Positions 26,701 through 49,216 of a stretch of 59,801 bases of DNA are shown in pieces (positions within the stretch are counted from its first letter, which is position 1; every line of letters begins with the position of its first letter). The stretch lies in assembly GCF_000181795.1 (NCBI RefSeq), contig NW_003526943.1, positions 4,702,670 to 4,762,470 on the forward strand, given 5' to 3'. The notes below the pieces were generated by a model that ran no database searches, had not been told where the DNA came from, and was given only the letters and a program-made list of their open reading frames with translations. Source of the DNA: Trichinella spiralis (taxonomy: Eukaryota). The translations under genes and the position numbers were made by a program.

Positions 26701-27584
26701 AAGTTGTGAAACCGATGCTGAAGTCATAATAATTCGAGAATAGGAAAATGACGCGGTAGTGTGGTGTTGCCTTTTTCGGAATAAAATCAATGCTACAACC
26801 GGAAAAAGATGAAAAAGAAAGTAGCCAACAGAGCACAGTTCGGTTGACGAAGACAAATTTGCAGAGAATAAAAATTAAAGAAGCGAAATGGAAAAATGTT
26901 CCAGAAGAAAAAAAGCACATACGTACACATACAGCGTCTCTTTTTTTCTGGTTTTTTGGAAGTAAGTAACTTTGTGTTCGTTTGTTTGAATCGACTACGT
27001 TGATCGAGAGGGTAGAGGCAAATGTGAAGAAAGTTGAAAAGCAGTATAATAAAAGTGTCGTTGTTTGGAAAAAATGTTTCTAATCGGTCTTACGAATATG
27101 TTTGCAGTCGATCAATGGATTTTCCCTGCGATAGACAAGACATTGACAGAAACAGCGGCTTAATGCAAACGTGTTAGCTTGCCAAAGAGGAGAAATCGAA
27201 AAAAAATGAAAGAAAAAGGACAGATCCAGTCGACGAGCAGAAATCAAGCGATAGTCGTTCGTTCAATTCAGCACAACATTAATGGTTTAGGAGAAACGTC
27301 GAACAAATTTACAGGCAAGTTATTTATAATAAATTACATTATCAAAAGTGAATGAAAAATATTTTCACCCATTCGCAAATTGTACATGATGAGGAGAAAG
27401 AAAGAGGAATAAATAATAACAAACCTGATATATAATATATTTTCACTTGCTGTTTGAAATAAGTTTTCCAAATTGAACAACACACAACAGAATTGTGCGG
27501 AAAAGAGGAACGAAACAGTTTGAATAATAATAATAATAATAATATTGTTATTATTATTATTATTAATATTAATATTATTAGAAG

Positions 27585-27720
27585 CAGTCGAGAAATGGGT
27601 GTGCACGTCGAGCGCGAAAAGCGCCGTTCTACCATTGAACGGTGCGCGTTGAAATGCAAGCCAAAAGCGACGCTTGTGCTTGAAATCAATGCTTGAGAAC
27701 GTCGCAAAATCGAAATCATT
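27585..27720. promoter_or_regulatory. CpG-rich island with an E2F-like site (TTTTCGCGC on the - strand, 27612-27620); candidate distal BAZ2 promoter
   Basis: Isolated GC/CpG-rich patch in very AT-rich DNA. By eye, the + strand A-skew that continues from the BAZ2 introns weakens or flips here. Confidence 0.35.
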
Positions 27721-30700
27721 TTATTATTTGCACTTATACGGCTTGTCTTTGCTATATTGAATTGATACGGCGTCTTCGAAATCAATTTTCAACTTACAAC
27801 TTTAAAACAGCAGCATTTCGGCTTTCTCGACAATTTTTCCAACCGACCTCTAATGGGATTTTTTTACTTCTTTATTATATATTTTCGTTTGGAATTTATT
27901 TTTCTCTTGTGTTTTTTTCTTTATATTAAAATGGACGATAGATTATTTTAAAATATAAACAAACATTTTATTTATTTCACAGAAATTTTGTAACAAAGTT
28001 GAATAGTAAATCGATTTGCTTGCAAGTATTAGTGAAAGAACAACAAAATTTTGCAACTTTTCCAAATTTAACAAACACAGCTTGAAGACAAACGTGTAAG
28101 CGCACAATTGAAAGTTCAATTAATGCTTTTGATTAATTAGCTGACCGAAAGAAATGAAAAGTAAAATTTTTCCAATTGTTCAAATGGCCACATTCACACA
28201 CACACGTTTGTCTCGTTTCAATGGACATTTTCAGCTTTTTCTACTGTTCTTTTTCATAATAAAATAATTTAATTTCAACAATTGATCACGAATGAAATAA
28301 AATTAAAAAATCTGAAAAAATGAAACTCAATCGTGACGTAATGTTGAAGAATTGTAAATTTTCTCGCAGATGAATTGGCAATTGATCGTCAATTTAAAAT
28401 GCCGGAGATCTCTCAAAAATGCACGCATGCGGAAATTGTTATTTATTTATTTATTTATTTATTGCTTTTTCTGAATGAAAAATTAGTAGTGAAAAACAAC
28501 AATTTGTAAAAATATATTTCAAACAATTATTGAATGGTTTGGAAATTTCTTTAAACCTAGTGACGCGTTTATTGATACTTCTTTGAAGAAAATCTACACA
28601 TAATAGTAATAATAATAATAATAATAGTATTGCATCATTTTCGATTGAAAGATTTGTTTCAATTTTTCCAATATATATGTTACTTGTATTAATAATATTT
28701 CAAAGATGCAAAAATGAATTTTTCCGGAAAATAAGATTTTTGAAGAAAATTTATACAATCAATAATTGCTTGGGAATGCTGCAAAAATTGAAACGACACT
28801 ACATTTTTTTGCATCAATTCAAATGATGAATATTTTAAATTTTTATTTTTTGAAATTTCATATACTTTTAATGAAATGTGATAATTTAAACATTTTCATC
28901 CCGAAAAATATTAAAATGCTTGTTCTATTTTTCTTGAAAATAATTCAGTGTAAATAATTTTTCAAAAGTAATTTGTCAAATTTTTATGAAAATGAATAAA
29001 ATTTTAAAATTATTAAGTGAATTAAAAAGTACAACAAATGTTTGCATTTCTCATTGGAAATTTTCTTTTTTCAATTTTATCAACTTCAAATTCTATCGCT
29101 GCTGCCATGCAGTCAATACTACACTAAGCAAAACAAACCAAAAAAATAAATTCAGATTCTAATAATGAAAGAAAAATAATAATTTTTTTCCTTTTTTATT
29201 TTACCCTCTAAAATAAAAATTTAAATAAATTGAAAAACAAAAGTTCTTTTCTTTGAACAATGAAAAAAGTTAATTTTATTATTATTATCAAGGTAGGAAA
29301 CCTCGACTTAGCTTAAAAAAATAAAAAATCGAATCCATATTACTCTATATATTTATTATTTTTTGAATTTATAATTGTACATATTAGCAGTTTGTAAAAT
29401 GAAACAAACAAATTAATAATAATATACCATTTCTTGGAAAAAATTTGATCTGTAAACCCTTTGTTTGCCATAATTTTCAAAAATAATACCAACAGATAGA
29501 TCATGCTTGTTTATAATACTGACGTTGTTTTCAATGTACATGCAGACTTTGTGAACATCTGAATTGTTTGAGATTTTAATTTCTTTTTTTTTGTTTTTTA
29601 ATTTTCTGCTTGATAAATTTCATTACAACAAAATTGGATAAAGCAAATTTCAAATGATGAAAATATTTCATGTAATTTCAAAGAAAGCAGTTTTAAAAAA
29701 GTGTAATTTTTTTATAATTAAATATTTTAAATTAAATTTAATATAAATAGATGCTGTTCAACTTTGATTTCAGTAGAATGAAATTTGGAGAAAAAATTGA
29801 ATATCAATTGAAACATTTGAAATGAAATAATGCATTCATATTTGAGCTTGAGAAATTATTGCAGTTGTTCATTTCAAAATTCACTTATAAAAAATATTTT
29901 TTACGAAGATTTCAATTAAAATTTCTACTTCAATGTTTATACATCGTTGAAATTGTGTTGTGCTTGTAAATATAAACAATGAAATTTGCATCTTATTGCG
30001 TTTGTTAGCAATTTTCCATTTTGTTTTCATTTCTTCGTTTTTCGCAAAAATTAATCACATTTGAAATGGATATTATTTTATTAAAAATTTATAAATTAGA
30101 AAAAGAACTTGTAAAAGTTAATCTTCTGTGCACCAACTCACTAACTACGCATCATAAGCGTTAATCAATTTTTAAGTTAGCGTGAACAATTTTTACACTT
30201 TATAATAATAAAATTCCGTCATTTTTCAATTTTTTAAGAAGATTATAAATAAAATTTTTGTTTAAAAATGTACAATAATAGAAAACAATTTAAAATACAT
30301 TCAATTTTAAACTATCTTGCAAATCTGTGCACTATTTATTAATATCAACAGTTAAGGAATACATAATTATTTATATAAAAATACACGACAAATTTTACGT
30401 CATCTGGTAACCATAATTGTTTTCAACATGTTAATTTCAATTTTATAATTCATATAAAACAGATTAATGTTATTTTACTTAGATATCTTAACTAGATTTT
30501 GGTTATTATTAATTGACAAAGCGCATCAAATCCGAGAACAAATAATGTAGTAGTACTGTGTTTACGTTAGCTGGTCTTTTTCCCATTAACCTTTAGCTAA
30601 AGATCGACAAACATGCCATGCTTAAAAGTAAACTTGATATTTTTCACTTTACACTCGCTCACCATGACAATTGATCAAAAGATGGAATGCAGTTGATGGA

Positions 30701-33399
30701 ATATTTTTCGTTTGTAAATTATTTTCTTTTAACTTTTTTTAATGAGTAAAATTTACATAATATAACACGGTTTTATAAAACATCAATGTTCAAAGTATTT
30801 TTTCTTTTTCACATACAAATTAAAGAATTTTCAAATAGCATCACTTATGAATAAATAAGTGTTAAATAAAATATTAGTAAAATTTTCATAATTTTGGAAT
30901 TTAATCATTTATTTTCACAAATAGTAATATTTATTTCATTAGGTTCATTTAATATTAATTTATACAGATGTAACAACTGCTTAATTTATGATAAGTGTGT
31001 GAAAAACTTTTGTGGAAAAATTATTATATAATATTTCACTATTTGGAAAATTAAAAATAAAATCATTTATGCTTAATGCAATTGAAATAGAAAATCAAAG
31101 ATATAATTGAGCTACCGTTATCTTTATCCAGATCTGTATTGAACAATATTTATCGATCAAAATAATGACTTAAAATATTGTTTCAAAGAAGGTAAATTTC
31201 ATTCAGGATTCAAATTTAAATTTTCATCATTGAAATCAACTTAATAATTACACGCTATTTATTATTGTTCTGCTTTTGAGTTCATTTTAATAGCATAAAA
31301 TATTTTATTTTGAATTCAAAAGGCAAAAATTATTACAAAGTTTATAAATCTCAATGCATAGAGAATATTAAACAATTGTTTAACAAGAATAAATTGCAAA
31401 ATATTGCATTTGCATTATTATTTCAAAAACAAATAACTTCTCTATGACATACTGATAATGAGAAGAAATAAATGTCACTAACAATAATTAGACCAATTAT
31501 TATCAAAATTAAAAATACAGCAACACGTATTCACATATTATTGAAATGAAATGCAGCTTTTAGAAACTACAGAAACTTAAAAAAATATTTCTTTTTCATT
31601 AATACTACAATGTCTAAATAATGCAGTAGTTTAGAAGAAAAGTTCTTACGTAATTACTTATTTTTTTTGAAAAAATCAAATTCATATGAGTTAATAATTA
31701 CCAGAGCGACGAGCAAAAATTGTAATCTTTAAATATATTGCGGCTTGTATAAAGTGCAACGTGACTAATAATAAATTCAGCGTGAATGAATATTCTCACA
31801 AATAACCAACCGGTATTGCTGTAAAACTGTCAAAAAGCAAGTTATTCAAGAAAAAGCAACTTGTTTATCAAAAAAAAAGAAACAATATTCGTCCAAAGTA
31901 ACATTTATACACTTAGAACGCAATTGAAAAAGAAAATGATATTTCAAAGCAAATTGAAATATTAAAAAAATTCTATTTTGATAACTTTAAATTGAAAATA
32001 ATATTTCTCAAGTGAAATTTCAAATTCATCTGTTGCGTTGCGCAAATGCACGTCGGAACTTGATTTTTATATAAATTCCTGAAGATACTGTAGTTGACAA
32101 AATCATCGTTTCATTCTTTACAAAGTTGATCGTCGTCTCGGATTGGCTTTCTGGTGGGCAAGAGATTTTCTTTGCTGCTGTATTTCTTTTTCGTTGTATG
32201 CCATTTTTTGTGATTTTTTGAAATCTGTTCGACTGTTAGCAATTTTCAAAGTAAGTGATCGAAGAGAATTAGCGCACCAACTTGAATGTGCAATTTTCTG
32301 CTGTTCGTGGTGGTGGTTGTGTTTTTGAAGAAAATTTCTGCAAGCACGAGGCAATTTTTGTCACCATGACGTCCGGTTCATTAGTATAGATTATTAAGCT
32401 TCATTATAAGTGGTCAGTTGCCGTTGGTACGATCGATACTGACGACGGTAGAAGGCGAGTGAATGTGCTTGTGACTCAGTCAGTTTTACTTGAGAGACAT
32501 TAGATTAGATTAGATTGTTCAAATGAAAATTTTTGTATACATTTTGAAAAATAATTTTTTTATCAAAAAAAATATTATAAACAATTGATTAAGATATTAG
32601 CTTTGGTGTTGAAGTTTCAAAATCTAGCGGAAATGCATAAAAGCAAAGAAAAGAAGGTCACCCATCACCCGTACGATTATTAGTATTATTTGATTTTTTC
32701 GCTTTCATTTCTTCTTTTTTGTACTCACAATTGTCCCAGTTTGTTTGGCGACGCCTGCTTTATGCTGGACAGCAGCTGACCGACCTATAAAATAACAATT
32801 TTTTTTCCCTTTTGGGTAACACGCTGAAGTAGCCTTTGTGTCGTAGCTCATCGTTGGCAGACGTCGACGCTGCTTTTACCTATTTGTTTATCTCTGTTTT
32901 CGCTCGTTTCTCACTCTCTGCCTCCGTTTGATATGATGATTTTCTTGCCATCATGCTTCAGCAATACTTACTTGCTTGCCTTCTTTCATTTCAGCCGATT
33001 GATTATTACTATATCCGTTATACATATATATCAATCGATTTGTTTCCAGTGTACAGCAACGAGCTTTTACTATTATAGTTATTGTTGTTGTTATTGTTCG
33101 ATTGTTTTATTATTGTTTAATGGAAAAAATGAAAAAGTACATTTTTTTTCTTCTTTCTCAAGAAAATGTAAAATTTCATCAATTCAACTGACGATTGTTG
33201 AACAATTTGATTCGTCATTGTGCTTTTGCATAATATTTTTTTCCAATGGAAAAATTACGAGAAGTTAATTAATTTGTTCAAAAAAAGTTGGTGAAGTAAA
33301 ATCAACATATTGTATATGCAAATTGGGAAAAGAAAGTTTGCGGTACTGTTTCTGTGGTAGTAGTAAGTAGTAAGTAGTATTAATAGTAGTAGTAGTAGT

Positions 33400-33660
33400 T
33401 GGTGCGCTCGACAAGCCGGCGCGGCGCTATCGTTCGCCTGCGCGCTCTTGCTCGCTTGTTCGTTCGCTCGCGCGCGCGCGCGAAAGTAGACGTTGCGCGC
33501 GAGCGCTGACGTTGGTGGGCAAAAAGGGGGACCGTCTCCAAACTGCATTTCGTGCTCTCATACGCAACGGGGGTCGTCTCCTCGGCTGTGCGCGCGATTA
33601 GCACTTTCTTGCCCAAACGCCTCGGTTTGCGCGTATCGGTCGGTTTGTTTGTTTGGTCAC
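33400..33660. promoter_or_regulatory. CpG-island-like region upstream of the Mi-2 start, with a (CG)n run and an E2F-like GCGCGAAA (33478-33485)
   Basis: Dense CpG and a CG dinucleotide run just 5' of the tttcag acceptor (33732) that precedes the ATG at 33750. Confidence 0.45.
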
Positions 33661-33749
33661 ATTTGTGTCGTTGTTGTTGTTGTTTGCTTGTTTTTTGTTG
33701 TCGTTGTAATTTTATTTTTGTACACATTTCAGGTGATACAGCTTCGAAA

Positions 33750-43812
<10,063 letters not shown>

Positions 43813-44745
43813 GTAGACGTACTTCAAACATCTGGAACAATTTATTATTCCGTTATTAATTTGAATTTATTTTTATCTATTGATATATATATATATATAT
43901 ATATATATTTATTTATATATTTATTTATTTATATATTATACTTTTCTTTAAATAACTTTTTGTACAAATAAGCGAAATAATTCACCGACATTCATTGCCG
44001 TATTATTAATTATTCATTATTCATTAAGTAACCGTAAATTTCAGAACAAAGAAAGCTCACTTTCCAGTTTGGATGGAAAGTTGTTTACCATATTTTTGAA
44101 TCATTTCTTTTGTTTATCCAATAGTAAATTGTTTGCGTATTATTACAGTTTTCCTGTTTTCAAGTTGTTTTTTTTTGTGTTGCGCCATATTTCATACATG
44201 TACGTATTATTTGTATGTTGAAGTTTGGTTTAAAGAAACTGGATTCTGTTTTATCATTTTTTGAATACAACTGACTGCATCGTGATATATTATTTACTAT
44301 AAGCAGTTTTCGTTTGTTTTCGTGGACAATTTTCAAAACTGTCTTTTTGGATTGACGTTGTTTTTCACAACGGTAATCGGTGAGGTGTTTGTTAATACAA
44401 ATGTATAATTTTACTTTTTCCACAATTGCCGTGTAGCAAGCATAACAATTACTTTGAAGAGGAGCTGTAAAATGGGTACAGTTTTATTTGTGCAATGGCA
44501 AAAGATTCATTTAAGCACTTTGTATGGAATGAAAAGCAAAATTTTGAAAAGCATTTTGTTGAATAAAAATGCTTATGAACTTTGCAGTGAAGCAGTGGTG
44601 AAGCATTTTTTTCAGTGGTTTGTGTTCAATTTAAAATTTCTCGTTGTTTCTCTAGCGTGAGTGTTTATGACATTTCTTATAAAAATGAAACGAATTTGTT
44701 ATAACAACAATTTTACGAAGGATCTGTGACTATTCTATATATATA

Positions 44746-45522
44746 CAAGCATACCTTGCTTAACTCTTTTTTTTGGCATGTCACGTGACTCATTTCTCAT
44801 TAAAGAGGTAAATTTAGCTAAATATTATTAACAGTACTGAAATGATTTTGTTACATCACACTGCTTGAGTTAATGGGTACATTCTATCAGTCATATACGG
44901 TATCTGGGTTGGATTCTGTTAGTTTTTATATTTTGATCATACATTTTAGGTGTGCTGTGTTTGTTCATCATCTCACAACGACGGCCTTAGCAATAGTGAT
45001 TTGAAACAACTGGAAGAGCTGGGCACTGATGATCAGCCAGCACTCATTGCTTCAAAAGAGGATATACCTTTGAGAAAATTCTAACAGCAAAATTCCTTAA
45101 GAACCGCATCACCAACGTTATACAAATCATAGATCACTTCATAGAACAGGATTTTGTTCATGAGTTGCAAAGAAGCTCCAAAGCAAGTCGGGATGTTCTT
45201 GAAATAATATCTTGTTATCAAGAAATTCAACATGAGAGAAAACGTAAGGTGAGACAGTAAACACTTGATGATTTCATCACCAAGAAACCCAACATTGGGG
45301 AATCAATGGCTTGTCCATTATGCAAATGATTATTAACATTATCAGTATAGTAAGTGAACATTTTTATAAATATTTCAAATAAATTTTATTGTGGAAATTC
45401 TGACTTTTGTTAGAATCAATGAATGTATTGTAAGCACATGCTATAATGTCCTGGTACAATGCTGTTTTGCTTAAAGCTTTTTTTTCAGGAACTGAACCAG
45501 AGCGTCAAACGGAGTAGGCTAG
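44746..45522 (+). mobile_element. Non-autonomous Tigger/pogo DNA transposon remnant (copy A)
   Basis: Flanked by TA. Left end CAAGCATACCTTGCTTAAC resembles the Tigger TIR (CAGGCATACCTCG..). The right end read on the - strand (CTAGCCTACTCCGTTTGAC) is a degenerate inverted match, 13/21. Disrupted translation LSNSDLKQLE...HFIEQD...RSSKASRDVLEIISCYQEIQHERKRKVRQ*TLDDFITKK matches the Tigger1/TIGD1 C-terminus pattern. Confidence 0.75.
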
Positions 45523-48500
45523 TACAAAGAAAAGTAACCATAACTGCTGAATAATTACAAAACAAATGATATGAGGAAGATATGAGAAGAACAATATAAA
45601 TAATACTGATAAAGCAATATTTACAAAAAATAATTACATGTAGCAATTTTACCATAAATTGCTAATATTCTATTTAATCAGTAATAAATGGTAGAAACAA
45701 TATTTTGGACAGTAAAAAAATAGCACAGCAATTATAATCGTAATTGTTAGTGATGAATATTTAAATAGCAAACAAAAACAGCATTAATAGTTATTGAGAA
45801 TCACTTTGATTAGTTTATGTAATAAAATTGTTCATAACAATAACGGCGGGATACGGCTGTGCGCGTGATCCTTTGCCGGCGTGAAATGTTGAAAATGGTA
45901 TCTCCGGGCTATGTAACTGAGGTAGCTCCTCGCCCGCATTTAAAAGCGCATATAAAAATTTTTGATAATTTTCATAACTCATGAATTTATCGATTAATGT
46001 ACATGTAAGCTTTATGATCGCTTTAGATTTGTATTAAAACCAAATTTCGCTTTTTCAATTTTCTTTCGTTTTTCTCAGACGTCATTGGGTGCTTCTATAC
46101 AAGTTCACTTTGAATGTAGTAGTTTTCGATAGAAATAAATGCGAAATGGAAATAAAATAATTACACAACCCATGTCAAATTTATGTTAGTATTCTCTGTA
46201 TTTATTGGAATAGTTTTGTGATATCTTTTTATACGATATATAATACAAATGGCATAGATTTTGAAAATTGTAGTAAATTTTTATTGGTTGCTTCATGAGT
46301 GCAATTAATATTGTGCAATTTAGATGTAATGAAATTTTCAATTATATGCAGCCGTGGATTTCATGAGAAATTTGCCAAAACAGCTTGTCAGAATAAATGA
46401 TACTTTATAATAGAAATAAACAAATATCATTGCAAAAATTTTATATCAAAACTCATCACGCTTTGCATAATATATACACTTTTTATACGCGCTATAACCT
46501 TAGCTATTTTTGGAAGATGGAAAGCGTTTTTTCCAAATTTTCGATTGTGACCGATAAGTGAATGCAAATTAGATATACGGTCTAGTATTCGATTCAACAC
46601 AATTTATTGTGTTAGTTCAATTTGACGTAAAGGCGTTAACTGGAGTTCCCGGTGTGGCTTGACTTATGACAAAGAGTATGAATGAATTGGATTATTCTGT
46701 ATAATAGCAACAGAATACCTTAAAACAATTGACCAGGTATGGAGTCGCTATGCATTCTGCCACGGTAGCAGTTAAAGTTACCCTCAACGTTCCAAATGTG
46801 GTACCAGTAAGTATTGAAATTATTCTTGGTTTGGATTCTGCTACTTTTCATATATTTGATCATATATTTTTGGTGTGTTCTGTTCAATATTTCACAACGA
46901 CAATGATGATTTGAAACAACCAACAGAAAGAGCTATGCACTGATAATCAACCAACAGTCATTGATTCAAAAGAGGATATACATTTGAGAAAATTCTAACA
47001 GCAAAATTCCTTAAGAACCGCATCACCAACGTTACACAAATCATAGATCACTTCATAGAACAGGATTTTGTTCATGAGTTGCAAAGAAGCTCCAAAGCAA
47101 GTCGGGATGTTCTTGAAATAATATCTTGTTATCAAGAAATTCAACATGAGAGAAAACGTAAGGTGTGACAGTAAACACTTGATGATTTCATCACCAAGAA
47201 ACCCAACATTGGGGAATCAATGGCTTGTCCATTATGCAAATGATTATTAACATTATCAGTATAGTAAGTGAACATTTTTATAAATATTTCAAATAAATTT
47301 TATTGTGGAAATTCTGACTTTTGTTAGAATCAATGAATGTATTGTAAGCACATGCTATAATGTCCTGGTACAATGCTGTTTTGCTTAAAGCTTTTTTTTC
47401 AGGAACTGAACCAGAGCGTCAAACGGAGTAGGCTAGTACAAAGAAAAGTAACCATAACTGCTGAATAATTACAAAACAAATGATATGAGGAAGATATGAG
47501 AAGAACAATATAAATAATACTGATAAAGCAATATTTACAAAAAATAATTACATGTAGCAATTTTACCATAAATTGCTAATATTCTATTTAATCAGTAATA
47601 AATGGTAGAAACAATATGTTGGACAGTAAAAAAATAGCACAGCAATTATAATCGTAATTGTTAGTGATGAATATTTAAATAGCAAACGAAAACAGCATTA
47701 ATAGTTATTGAGAATCACTATGATTAGTTTATGTAATAAAATTGTTCATAACAATAACGGCGGGATACGGCTGTGCGCGTGATCCTTTGCCGGCGTGAAA
47801 TGTTGAAAATGGTATCTCCGGGCTATGTAACTGAGGTAGCTCCTCGCCCGCATTTAAAAGCGCATATAAAAATTTTTGATAATTTTCATAACTCATGAAT
47901 TTATCGATTAATGTACATGTAAGCTTTATGATCGCTTTAGATTTGTATTAAAACCAAATTTCGCTTTTTCAATTTTCTTTCGTTTTTCTCAGACGTCATT
48001 GGGTGCTTCTATACAAGTTCACTTTGAATGTAGTAGTTTTCGATAGAAATAAATGCGAAATGGAAATAAAATAATTACACAACCCATGTCAAATTTATGT
48101 TAGTATTCTCTGTATTTATTGGAATAGTTTTGTGATATCTTTTTATACGATATATAATACAAATGGCATAGATTTTGAAAATTGTAGTAAATTTTTATTG
48201 GTTGCTTCATGAGTGCAATTAATATTGTGCAATTTAGATGTAATGAAATTTTCAATTATATGCAGCCGTGGATTTCATGAGAAATTTGCCAAAACAGCTT
48301 GTCAGAATAAATGATACTTTATAATAGAAATAAACAAATATCATTGCAAAAATTTTATATCAAAACTCATCACGCTTTACACAATATATACACTTTTTAT
48401 ACGCACTATAACCTTAGCTATTTTTGGAAGATGGAAAGCGTTTTTTCCAAATTTTCGATTGTGACCGATAAGTGAATGCAAATTAGATATACGGTCTAGT

Positions 48501-48880
48501 ATTCGATTCAACACAATTTATTGTGTTAGTTCAATTTGACGTAAAGGCGTTAACTGGAGTTCCCGGTGTGGCTTGACTTATGACAAAGAGTATGAATGAA
48601 TTGGATTATTCTGTATAATAGCAACAGAATACATTAAAACAATTGACCAGGTATGGAGTCGCTATGCATTCTGCCACGGTAGCAGTTAAAGTTACCCTCA
48701 ACGTTCCAAATGGGGTACCAGTAAGTATTGAAATTATTCTTGGTTTGGATTCTGCTACTTTTCATATATTTGATCATATAATTTTGGTGTGTTCTGTTCA
48801 ATATTTCACAACGACAATGATGATTTGAAACGACCAGCAGAAAGAGCTGTGCACTGATAATCAACCAGCAGTCATTGATT
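45050..48880. repeat. Near-identical tandem duplication with a 1914-bp period
   Basis: Identical landmarks offset by 1914 (45071/46985, 45522/47436, 46720/48634), with only scattered substitutions between copies. Confidence 0.97.
46711..47436 (+). mobile_element. Chimeric Tigger/pogo remnant (left part like copy B, right part like copy A)
   Basis: Matches 48625-48880 up to about 46963, then carries copy A diagnostic bases to the right end at 47436 followed by TA. Left boundary approximate. Confidence 0.7.
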
Positions 48881-48981
48881 CAAAATAGGATATACCTTTG
48901 AGAAAATTCTAACAGCAAAATTCCTTAAGAACAGCATCACCAACATGGTACAAATCGTGGATCAGTTCATAGAACAGGATT
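48625..48981 (+). mobile_element. 3'-truncated Tigger/pogo remnant (copy B)
   Basis: Homologous to 44900-45151 but diverged; homology stops after agaacaggatt. Confidence 0.65.
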
Positions 48982-49216
48982 CTGATAAGTTGATGTAATA
49001 AAATTGTTCACAATAACAATATTCACATTAAAAATCTTTTCAATTATAACTCCTAAGAATGACCTACTTTTAAAACCATAACACTTTAAACAAAACTGAA
49101 CTTTAAGCATTCACTTTAAAAGCAGCAGTTTTAAAGTTGGGCTATGGATATATAAAATAGGTTGATTGAAGTCACAAAGATCATTCTCTCATTCTTTCAA
49201 TTATCACAACAGCAGT

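Noticed and set aside
19950..33400. Numerous 60-150 aa ORFs in the BAZ2-Mi-2 interval
   Set aside because: Low-complexity F/I/K/N-rich translations of microsatellites and AT-rich DNA, with no coherent exon chain.
46642..46659. GGAGTTCCCGGTGTGGCT, resembling the 5' end of the pig PRE-1 SINE (possible host DNA or horizontal transfer)
   Set aside because: Similarity, judged from memory, lasts only about 18 nt; no B box, body or polyA tail follows, so chance is more likely.
46720..46923. Short ORFs repeated at 46720-46923 and 48634-48864
   Set aside because: They recur only because of the tandem duplication and lie in transposon-derived sequence.
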